Assembly: GCA_963741955.1 (NCBI GenBank)
Contig: CAVUKB010000005.1
Coordinates: forward strand, 1,120,001 to 1,184,000
DNA length: 64,000 bases
Reading direction: 5' to 3'
From: an uncultured Acidobacteriota bacterium
GTDB lineage: Bacteria; Acidobacteriota; Thermoanaerobaculia; Gp7-AA8
Of the stretch, positions 28,678 through 36,770 are shown piece after piece (the stretch's first letter is position 1; each line of letters begins with the position of its first letter). Made by a program: the position numbers and the translations under genes. The notes beneath the pieces were generated by a model. The model made no database searches, was not told where the DNA came from, and saw nothing but the letters and a program-made list of their open reading frames with translations.

Positions 28678-29699
28678 AAGCCTCTCCGGCAGCGACGATC
28701 GACGTGGAGCGATTCATCCTCTCCCGGCGCGATCGATGGAATCGTCTCGGACGGCTCCTCGACGTCGCAGAGAACGCTCCGGAAAGAGAGCTCGGGGCAG
28801 AGCGCATTCAGGAGCTCGTCGAACTCTATCGCTCCGCATGTTCCGATCTGAACGAGGCTCGGTCCTACACCGCCAATCCCGAGCTTCTCGGCCGGCTGAA
28901 TCAGCTGACCGGGAGGGCTTATCGCTTCGTCTATCGCGGTACGCGCTCGCGTCCTCTGCGCCGCTCCCTGACGCAGCTGATCACCTCGGAGATCCCCGCT
29001 GCGTTCCGGCGCCGGAAGAGCTACGTCCTCTCCGCAGCCGGCGCGCTGCTGGTCGGAATGCTCTTCGGAATCGTTGCGGTGGCGCTCGATCCGGCCAACG
29101 GACAGCGCCTCGTGCCGATGCAGTTCTTCACCGAAAGGCCGAGCCAGAGAGTGCAGAGAATCGAGCAGGGAGACGAACGGATCGATTCAATCGAAAAGGC
29201 GGCGTATTTCGGAGCGTCGCTCTACACCCACAACATCAAGGTCTCGCTCCTCGCGTTCGGCCTCGGTGCTCTTACTTTCTTCGGAGCGTATCTCCTCCTC
29301 TTCTTCAATGGAGTGATTCTCGGAGCGATCGGTACGTTGTACGTTCTCGATGGAGTGCCCCTCTTTTTCTTTGCCTGGGTCGGTCCTCACGGAGGTCTCG
29401 AGATCCCGGCGATCGTCTTCGGAGCGGCCGCCGGCCTTCTGGCAGGAGAGGCATTCCTTTTCCCGGGAGACCTGAGCCGGGCCCGATCCGTTCGCCTCGC
29501 TTTTCCGGACATCTGGAGAATGATCCTTGCCACGGCGATCACGCTGGTGCTGGCCGGAATCGTCGAGGGCTCCTTCTCGCAATTCTCTTCGAAGACCTTT
29601 TCGTACCCCGTAAAGATCGTGGTCGCTCTTCTGCTCTTCACGTCGCTGATCAGCTACCTCTTCCTGAGCCGTCACGACGGCGGCGGAGAGTCGCCATGA
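28674..29699 (+). CDS. Stage II sporulation protein M (DUF95)-family membrane protein
   Basis: LYRSACSDL, HNIKVSLLAF, NGVILG, PHGGLEIPAI, LAGIVEG. Confidence 0.88.
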   Translation: MKASPAATIDVERFILSRRDRWNRLGRLLDVAENAPERELGAERIQELVELYRSACSDLNEARSYTANPELLGRLNQLTGRAYRFVYRGTRSRPLRRSLTQLITSEIPAAFRRRKSYVLSAAGALLVGMLFGIVAVALDPANGQRLVPMQFFTERPSQRVQRIEQGDERIDSIEKAAYFGASLYTHNIKVSLLAFGLGALTFFGAYLLLFFNGVILGAIGTLYVLDGVPLFFFAWVGPHGGLEIPAIVFGAAAGLLAGEAFLFPGDLSRARSVRLAFPDIWRMILATAITLVLAGIVEGSFSQFSSKTFSYPVKIVVALLLFTSLISYLFLSRHDGGGESP

Positions 29700-30448
29700 G
29701 ACGGAGGGAGTTCGTGGTGGTCACTCCGGAGCACGTCGAGATCCGGCTCGAGCCGGCGGGGCTCGGCAGCCGTTTCCTCGCGCTTCTGACTGATGCCGCG
29801 ATCATCATGAGCATCGCCGCCACCATCGGAGGGATTACCGCGAAGATCGCCGGCCCGGGAATCGGGATGGCAGTCCTCGCTTCGGTGAGCCTCTTTCTCT
29901 CCATCGCGTATCACATCTGGTTCGAGACACGCCGCGAGGGGCGGAGCCCGGGGAAGAAGATCACCGGACTGAGGGTGGTCGACGCCCGCGGTCTTCCGAT
30001 CGGACTGGAACAGTCGCTGGTCAGGAACATCACCAGGACGGTCGATTTCCTGCCGGCCTTCTATGCGTTGGGAGCGATCGTGGCGTTGTTCGACCCGAAT
30101 GGACGTCGATTCGGCGATCTTCTCGCCGACACGATGGTGATCCGTGAGGACACTCCTCTCGAAGCACCGGCGTCTCTCGCATCGGTACGGAAGTACAACT
30201 CACTCCGGACTCCTCGGGTGATGAGAATGATCCGTCACCGGATCTCACTCGAGGAGAGAGAGCTCCTCCTCTCGCTGGTCCTGCGTGGAGAGCGGCTCGA
30301 GCCGGGGGCGCGTTACGACCTGATGGAAGAGGTCGGGAACTGGTATCGCGACCGCCTCGGGATCGACGATCCGAATCTGAGCGGCGAGAATCTGGTGCGA
30401 GGTCTCACCAGCATCGTCTTCTCTCGCCGGGAAGGATCAGTGGAGTGA
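29696..30448 (+). CDS. RDD-family membrane protein
   Basis: VTPEHV, AGLGSRFLALLTD, GRSPGKK..GLRVV, RRFGDLLADTMVI. ATGA overlap with the upstream gene. Confidence 0.88.
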   Translation: MRRREFVVVTPEHVEIRLEPAGLGSRFLALLTDAAIIMSIAATIGGITAKIAGPGIGMAVLASVSLFLSIAYHIWFETRREGRSPGKKITGLRVVDARGLPIGLEQSLVRNITRTVDFLPAFYALGAIVALFDPNGRRFGDLLADTMVIREDTPLEAPASLASVRKYNSLRTPRVMRMIRHRISLEERELLLSLVLRGERLEPGARYDLMEEVGNWYRDRLGIDDPNLSGENLVRGLTSIVFSRREGSVE

Positions 30449-30567
30449 TTCCGCGGATCGCATGGACCGGTCGATCTGATACAATTCAGCTCTCCCGCTC
30501 CCGGACAACCCAACCATGAGCCTCAGCGAAGTGCGGCCCCTTCGCACAGTGGCAAAGGAGAGCAATC

Positions 30568-31164
30568 ATGTTGATCTGCCGCAATCATCCCGAGATCACC
30601 GCCGGGGTGGTCCGCTGCTCCCGCTGCATGGTTCCATACTGCAGCAACTGTCTGGTCCGGATTCAGGGAAAGCCTTTTTGCGGGACCTGCAAAATCGAGC
30701 ACGTCACCGATGTTCGCTCCGGAGTGAGTCCCGATGAGCTCGAGCTCGCGGGGATCGGCAGACGCTTCGTCGCCATCTGGCTCGACGGCTTCATTCTCGC
30801 GATCCCTGTGATGGTCGTCGTCTTCGTGGTCATCTTCTCCGCCGCCCTCGCCTCGGGCGGAAAATCCGAGCCCCCGGGCTGGGTCAGCCTGGCCGGCTAT
30901 GGCACCGCAGTCATCTTCATCGTGTATGAGGGACTGATGCTGGGCGCGCGGGGACAGACTCTCGGAAAGATGGCCATGAAGATCAAGGTGGTGTCCGCTG
31001 ACGGGGGTGACATCTCGAAAGGGCAGGCTTGGGGACGTTCGGTGATGCGGGCGATCTTCGTCAGCCTCCTCTCGCTGATCAATTATCTTCCGGCCTTCTT
31101 CACCAAAGAGAAGACCTGCATTCACGACATGGCTGCGAAGACCCGGGTCATACTCTGGAGATGA
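30568..31164 (+). CDS. B-box-like zinc finger plus RDD-domain protein
   Basis: CRNHP..CSRC..YCSNC..FCGTC, then AGIGRRFVAIWLD, GQTLGKM, IHDMAAKTRV. Confidence 0.85.
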   Translation: MLICRNHPEITAGVVRCSRCMVPYCSNCLVRIQGKPFCGTCKIEHVTDVRSGVSPDELELAGIGRRFVAIWLDGFILAIPVMVVVFVVIFSAALASGGKSEPPGWVSLAGYGTAVIFIVYEGLMLGARGQTLGKMAMKIKVVSADGGDISKGQAWGRSVMRAIFVSLLSLINYLPAFFTKEKTCIHDMAAKTRVILWR

Positions 31165-31167
31165 CGG

Positions 31168-31773
31168 ATGGAGGCGACGGCAAAGTCCACCCGTGCTTAT
31201 CAGGGCCCCTCCTGCCCGCGCTGCAGTCAGCCGCTCGATCACGCCACACTGATCAGCGGACCGAATACCTGCCCACGCTGCAGACGATCCTTCCAGGCGG
31301 TCCGATTCGATCCGGCACCTCCCGACGCGCGGATTGCGCGCGTCGGAGAAGGAGGGCCGACCGGCGACACACCATGTGCGAACCATCCCATGAATGCAGC
31401 GGTGATCGAGTGCAGCCGTTGCGGAACCTTCATCTGTGCACTCTGCCGGATCGACACCGACGGGAAAGCCCTCTGTCCGGCGTGCTTCGAACGTCTCTCC
31501 GCGGACGGATCGCTCGAGGGAACGACCATGACGTTCCGGGACTACGGCGCGTTGTCCAGCACCAGCGCCGTCGCCGGCTGCCTGATCTATTTCATCGGCA
31601 TTCTCACCGGCCTTCTCGCCATTTACTACGGCATCCGCGGCTTGCGTCAGAAGAAAGAGCTCGGTGATCGCGACGGAGTGGCGGGAATCTGGGGCGCCAT
31701 CACACTCGGAGTGCTCGAGTCTCTGATCGGCGGATTCATCGTCTTCTATCTCCTGATCGAGGTGGCGAAATGA
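31168..31773 (+). CDS. Zinc-ribbon plus B-box-like membrane protein
   Basis: CPRC..CPRC, CANHP..CSRC..ICALC..LCPAC, and two C-terminal TM helices. Confidence 0.8.
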   Translation: MEATAKSTRAYQGPSCPRCSQPLDHATLISGPNTCPRCRRSFQAVRFDPAPPDARIARVGEGGPTGDTPCANHPMNAAVIECSRCGTFICALCRIDTDGKALCPACFERLSADGSLEGTTMTFRDYGALSSTSAVAGCLIYFIGILTGLLAIYYGIRGLRQKKELGDRDGVAGIWGAITLGVLESLIGGFIVFYLLIEVAK

Positions 31774-32303
31774 CCCCGACCAGACGACGCCTGCTCGGCA
31801 AGCGAATCGGGTTCGTCACCCGTGAGAGGATCTACCGGGTCGAGGACGCTCTCGAGATCGACGAGTCCGATCACTACATGGTCACCCGGAAACGGGTCTT
31901 CTTCGACGACGTCCTCCTCGTGACTCGACATCAGAAGCTCGGAGCCGCTTTCCTGAGCATCACCGGAAGTCTGGCCCTTCTCTTCGTCTTCGTCTCGATC
32001 GCGGTCGGATTGAATGAGCCGATCGGCGGGACGATCGTTTTCGCCCTGGGCGGACTTCCGTTCTGCGTCGTGTTTCTCATCCGCCTGATCTTCAAGGTGG
32101 ATGTCATCTCGGTGTTCGGCCGCCGAACCATGGCTCAAATGTATTTTCCGTTCCGGAAGAAGCAGGCGCAGGAAGTCTTCAATGAGATCTGCGCCGCCAC
32201 CCGAGCCGCGCAGCGCAGGAGGACGGCGGAGCGCCCCCTCTCCGCTCCCGAACCGGCTCCGCCGCCTCCCCTCCCTCTTCCGGAGAGCAACCCTTCCGTC
32301 TGA
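31770..32303 (+). CDS. Hypothetical membrane protein
   Basis: ATGA overlap, two TM helices, Pro-rich tail. Confidence 0.7.
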   Translation: MTPTRRRLLGKRIGFVTRERIYRVEDALEIDESDHYMVTRKRVFFDDVLLVTRHQKLGAAFLSITGSLALLFVFVSIAVGLNEPIGGTIVFALGGLPFCVVFLIRLIFKVDVISVFGRRTMAQMYFPFRKKQAQEVFNEICAATRAAQRRRTAERPLSAPEPAPPPPLPLPESNPSV

Positions 32304-32773
32304 AACCTGCGATAGGCAATCCCGGATCTTCTTTCATTCGCCGTGTGTCCGACTCCGGCGTGGTCTCAGTCGCGATCCGCCGGTCCGGCCCGTCGGCTTC
32401 GTGCTCCAATCCGGCCGAACGTCACCAGAATGACCAGGAACTTCGACGGTGCCGGTGGTCGTCGGAGGAGAGCTCCTACGCCGGAGTCGTGACGCGGAGC
32501 GTCGATTCTCGTGTACATGCCGTGGGATGAAGACGCGGCTCCCTACAGCCTGGCCTGCGTGTCCCACCTGTTCAGGTTGCCTGATACGAGATTCTTCCAG
32601 TAAGGTGTTCAACATACCCCTATCGAGCCACAACAAATCGCGGCGCGTCAAAGCGACCGCGTCGGGATTTCTTTCTCGAAAGAGAAGGGACTCGCGCGAC
32701 TTCAGCATCTCAATTCGACGAACTCGGCCGGGAATGCGACCGGCCGAAGCGAACGAGGAAGGAGAATATTCAA

Positions 32774-34624
32774 ATGATGCATCGATATAGGGTGATTCTC
32801 TTCTGTCTTACGGCGACTCTGATCTCGGCAATCGCAGTCGGTCAGGTCATCCCCATCAAGAATTGGCCAGCGCCGCCCACGTGGACACCTCCGGCCGGCT
32901 CCTCAGGGCAGCTCTCCGCTCAAACCCATCTTTCGCCCGCCATACCGTTCGTAGCGATCACTCCGTGCCGAGTCTACGATTCACGCAGCGCGTCGATTCT
33001 CACCGGCGGCACGTCTCGAACCATCAATGTCGACGGGACGTCGTGCGCCACGTGGCCTTCGACGGTCGAGGCGTACTCGATCAACATCACGGCATTCGGA
33101 TCGACCTCGGGAGGCGGATACGCATTCCTCACGGCTTACCCGACTGGCTCGACCAGACCAACCGTCGCGACGCTCAACTTCCTCCCGGGGACTCAGGTCG
33201 GTAACTCAGCGGTCATTCCAGCCGGCACCGGTAACGATATAGACATTTACTCCACCGCGACGACGCACTTCACCATCGACATCAATGGCTACTACTCCAG
33301 CCAGCTTCCTCAAATCTTCGGTCCGACGATGCAGTTTGTCGTCAGCGAAAACTGCGACAATTGCGCCGCGATTCTCGGCCAGAACGGGTCGACTGCGGCG
33401 GGTTCGCATGGAGTCGGCGGATTCGCGAGCGGTGCGGGACAGGTCTATGGTGTCCAGGGACAGGTCAGCTCATCGGCCACGTCCTCGTCAGCAGGTGTGC
33501 ATGGCATCAGCGACTCCAGTGCCTCGTCTGCCTTCGGGGTTTATGGTCAGATCACGACGACAAGCGGGGGAGCCTTCTCCGCCGCGGTACGGGGCCAGCA
33601 CAGTGGTACCGGGGGCGGCGGGATCGGTGTCTGGGGTAGCCACGACGGGGGCGGCTGGGGCGTCTACGGCACCTCCTCAACCGGTTACGCCGGTTACTTT
33701 TCTTCCAATGGTGGCATCTCTCTTCTCGGCGTGGCCGGCGGGACGAGCGGAACGAACTACGGCGTGAAGGGAACCACCAGCAGCACGTCTAATGGAGCAG
33801 CCGGTGTTTTGGGGGTCGCTTCGGGTGGTACCTTCGACTTCGCTACCGGCCTCGGAGGTTCCTCCGGTGTGGTCGCCATGTCTCAGGGCGGACCTGCAAT
33901 TCTGGCGCTTTCGACCGGCCGTGCGGTTCAAGGCTCAACTGGCACGGTAAGCACGGGAACATTCTCGTTCAGCGGCTCGAGCGGAATTCTCGGGTTCAGC
34001 AGCACATCCGGCGTGCACGCCTTCGGCGATATTACGGCAAGCGGGACGAAGTCATTCGTGGAGCCGCATCCGACCGAGGCAGGGAAGATCATCCGCTACA
34101 TCGCGCTGGAAGGCGGCGAGGCAGGAACCTACTTCCGCGGACGAAGTCACTTCAGTGGAGGAATGGCCGTGATCCCGGTTCCCGAAGATTTCCGGCTGAC
34201 CACGACGCCCGACTCTCTCAGTGTTCAAATCACGCCGATCGGAGATCTCGCTCAAGTCGCCGTCGTCAGCGTCGGGCTCGATCAGATCATGGTGAAGGCA
34301 TCCAAGGACGTCGAGTTCTACTACATGGTGAATGGAGTCCGCGCCGGATTCGATCATTTCGAGCCGGTCCAGCGGGATCGCGACGAGTTCTTCATTCCCA
34401 AGGGCCCGGACGATCGTCTCGAAAATGTCTGGGGTGCGGAGATCCGCAAGCGCCTGGTCGAGAACGGCACGTTCAATTCTGACGGGTCGGTCAACATGGA
34501 TACGGCTCGAGTAAAAGGGTGGACGAAGGTCTGGGCCGAACGCGCCGAAGCACAGCGTGAGGCGGCCGAACTGGCGCGTGAGCGCCATCTGAATGGACAG
34601 CAGCAGCAGCTCAGTGACCAGTAG
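32774..34624 (+). CDS. Secreted Gly/Ser-rich fibre-like protein
   Basis: Signal peptide, FVAITPCRVYDSR domain, repeated GVxG motifs, C-terminal KSFVEPHP...LEGGEAGTYFRG domain. Confidence 0.8.
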   Translation: MMHRYRVILFCLTATLISAIAVGQVIPIKNWPAPPTWTPPAGSSGQLSAQTHLSPAIPFVAITPCRVYDSRSASILTGGTSRTINVDGTSCATWPSTVEAYSINITAFGSTSGGGYAFLTAYPTGSTRPTVATLNFLPGTQVGNSAVIPAGTGNDIDIYSTATTHFTIDINGYYSSQLPQIFGPTMQFVVSENCDNCAAILGQNGSTAAGSHGVGGFASGAGQVYGVQGQVSSSATSSSAGVHGISDSSASSAFGVYGQITTTSGGAFSAAVRGQHSGTGGGGIGVWGSHDGGGWGVYGTSSTGYAGYFSSNGGISLLGVAGGTSGTNYGVKGTTSSTSNGAAGVLGVASGGTFDFATGLGGSSGVVAMSQGGPAILALSTGRAVQGSTGTVSTGTFSFSGSSGILGFSSTSGVHAFGDITASGTKSFVEPHPTEAGKIIRYIALEGGEAGTYFRGRSHFSGGMAVIPVPEDFRLTTTPDSLSVQITPIGDLAQVAVVSVGLDQIMVKASKDVEFYYMVNGVRAGFDHFEPVQRDRDEFFIPKGPDDRLENVWGAEIRKRLVENGTFNSDGSVNMDTARVKGWTKVWAERAEAQREAAELARERHLNGQQQQLSDQ

Positions 34625-34640
34625 TCAGACCGCTACAGGG

Positions 34641-34672
34641 GGACGGAGCCGCGCGGGCGCGCGGCTCCGTCC
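34641..34672. terminator. GC-rich hairpin between convergent genes
   Basis: GGACGGAGCCGCGCG-GG-CGCGCGGCTCCGTCC, a perfect inverted repeat without a long U-tract. Confidence 0.6.
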
Positions 34673-34692
34673 GTTCCAGAGTCGTCGGACTC

Positions 34693-36474
34693 TCACGGCC
34701 CCGCAATCTCCCAGTTCGGATCGGCGACACTATAGAGGTTCGTCCCGGAGAGGTACGTCGTTCCATTCAGGAACCAGACGTTCACCGCTCCCGTCGCGTA
34801 GTTCCGCCAGATCAGATCCGGGTGGCCGTCGTTGTTGTAATCGCCGATCGCCTGGATCTTCCAGTTCGGATCCGCGACGTTGAACAGGTTCGCTCCCGAG
34901 ACATAGGTCGTCCCGTTCAGGAACCAGACATTCACCGCGCCGGTCGCGTAGTTCCTCCAGATCAGGTCCGTCTTCCCGTCGTTGTTGAAGTCGGCCGCCC
35001 CTTCGATCTTCCAGTTCGGATCCGCGACGCTGAACAGATTCGCTCCCGAGGTGTACGTCGTTCCATTGAGAAACCACGCATTCACCGCGCCGGTGGTGTA
35101 ATTCCTCCAGATCAGATCGTCTTTCCCGTCCCCGTTGAAATCTCCCACCGCTTCGATCTTCCAGTTCGGATCTGCGACGTTGAACAGGTTCGCGCCCGAC
35201 ACGTACGTCGTCCCGTTCAGAAACCAGACGTTCACTGCACCCGTCGAGTAGTTCCTCCAGATCAGGTCGGACTTGCCGTCGCCGTTGAAGTCTCCCACTC
35301 CGTCGATCCGCCAGTTGGAGTCTGCGACATTGAACAGGTTTGCGCCGGAGGTGTACGTCGTCCCGTTCAGGAACCAGACGTTCACCGCTCCCGTCGAATA
35401 GTTCCTCCAGATCAGATCCGGCTTCGTGTCGCCGTTGAAATCACCGCGGACGAACGCCGTGGCCGCCTGCCAGTCGGCGCAGGTTGCGGGGTCGCCAATG
35501 CCGAACGTGCCCGTCGTCGGATACTTCCACGTCGTCGAACCGGAATCCTTGAATTGAAAGTAGTAGCGATGGCAGCCGCTCCCGAGTCCCGTCCGGCTGG
35601 TAGTCCAGGCACCATTGGTCGTCGTGCCGCGATCGAGCGTCAGCGCGTACGACGTTCCGTCGACCACGACGCTGCTCTGGGTCGGCGCTGATGAGTCGTA
35701 CCAGTTCGCCCAGAATTCAACGGTCGAGCCCTGGCGGGTTCCATCCGTGGCCCAGTGCGCGCCGGAGACGAGCTTCGAGGGAGAGCTTCCGGAGCCGAAG
35801 TCCTGAGTCCAGTACGGTTCTCCGAGAGCGTCGCTGTAACCGACGCCGACTCCGGGACCGGGCGCTTTCAGGATATTCCAGCGGTGACCGTTCGTCAGGC
35901 TGAACGTGCAGGTTGTGTTCGTGGTCGATTCCAGCAGCAGCGCGTAGAACGCGGACTTGGGCGTCGCGTAGCTCCGCGCGAGATTCTCGGCTCCGGCAGT
36001 CGAGCCGAACAGCGCGATGCGACTGGTCCAGGTGGTCGTGCCACTGAGTACGCCGCCGCTGCAGGAGCACGAAACCGACCCGTCGCAGCTATTCGGATAA
36101 AGGCTCGAGATGTTGTTCACGAGTGTGCAGGGAGTGTCGTGCTGGAGATTCAAGGACGCACGGGCGAGAAAGTCGGAGTAGAACCGCGAAGAGTGGTTGA
36201 GGTTCGCGTTGTAGTTCAGCGGCGCGACCGGCGTGTAGCAGGTTCCCGAGAGCTCCGCAGTCGAGCACCCGGTACAGCTCGCGAGCTCGGTCGAAGGTTC
36301 GACGCGCGCCCGGTTCGTCAGCTCGATGAAAGCGCGCTCCTCCCACTTCGGAAATGTGTTCACCGGTTCTCCGAGGTTCGCGAAAACCGGCGTCAACTCA
36401 CCGGCGGAGACCAGCGTGGGAATGCACGAGACGGAGAGAAAGAGGAGAATCCACAGCCGGGCGGGAATTCGCAT
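34693..36474 (-). CDS. Secreted CAP/SCP-domain protein with five FG-GAP/VCBS repeats
   Basis: CAP motifs TNRAR, AENLA, GHRWNIL, GVGY, YWTQDFG. Five ~51-aa repeats GDFNGDGKxDLIWRNYxTGAVNVWFLNG. Confidence 0.88.
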   Translation of the reverse strand: MRIPARLWILLFLSVSCIPTLVSAGELTPVFANLGEPVNTFPKWEERAFIELTNRARVEPSTELASCTGCSTAELSGTCYTPVAPLNYNANLNHSSRFYSDFLARASLNLQHDTPCTLVNNISSLYPNSCDGSVSCSCSGGVLSGTTTWTSRIALFGSTAGAENLARSYATPKSAFYALLLESTTNTTCTFSLTNGHRWNILKAPGPGVGVGYSDALGEPYWTQDFGSGSSPSKLVSGAHWATDGTRQGSTVEFWANWYDSSAPTQSSVVVDGTSYALTLDRGTTTNGAWTTSRTGLGSGCHRYYFQFKDSGSTTWKYPTTGTFGIGDPATCADWQAATAFVRGDFNGDTKPDLIWRNYSTGAVNVWFLNGTTYTSGANLFNVADSNWRIDGVGDFNGDGKSDLIWRNYSTGAVNVWFLNGTTYVSGANLFNVADPNWKIEAVGDFNGDGKDDLIWRNYTTGAVNAWFLNGTTYTSGANLFSVADPNWKIEGAADFNNDGKTDLIWRNYATGAVNVWFLNGTTYVSGANLFNVADPNWKIQAIGDYNNDGHPDLIWRNYATGAVNVWFLNGTTYLSGTNLYSVADPNWEIAGP

Positions 36475-36770
36475 TTCAGGCCTCCTGGAACAGCTGCTGA
36501 GTTCTTGATTCTAGCATCCGGAGCCGGAAATGCCTCACGCGGGGTCGGATTCCCGGCGCAGAAAAGCTCCTTCGATCGGCGGTGGCTCGACAGGAGGGGC
36601 CGCCACCGACCCACCATCCCGTGGCGACATTGTATGGTAATGGTCGATCGAGTCGCGAGGGGTCCCAGCTGCGACACGGATGATGCGTCGAGGTCGCGAA
36701 TGGAACGATCGCGCTGCTGAAACAGCGTCTCCGCGGACACCGGTTGCAGATCGTAGATAATAGGTCCGCA

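Noticed and set aside
32655-32700. c-di-GMP-I riboswitch (CTTTCTC-GAAA-GAGAAGG hairpin upstream of the secreted gene)
   Set aside because: Only a GNRA hairpin is visible; the GCAAA motifs and second stem are absent. An Rfam scan would settle it.
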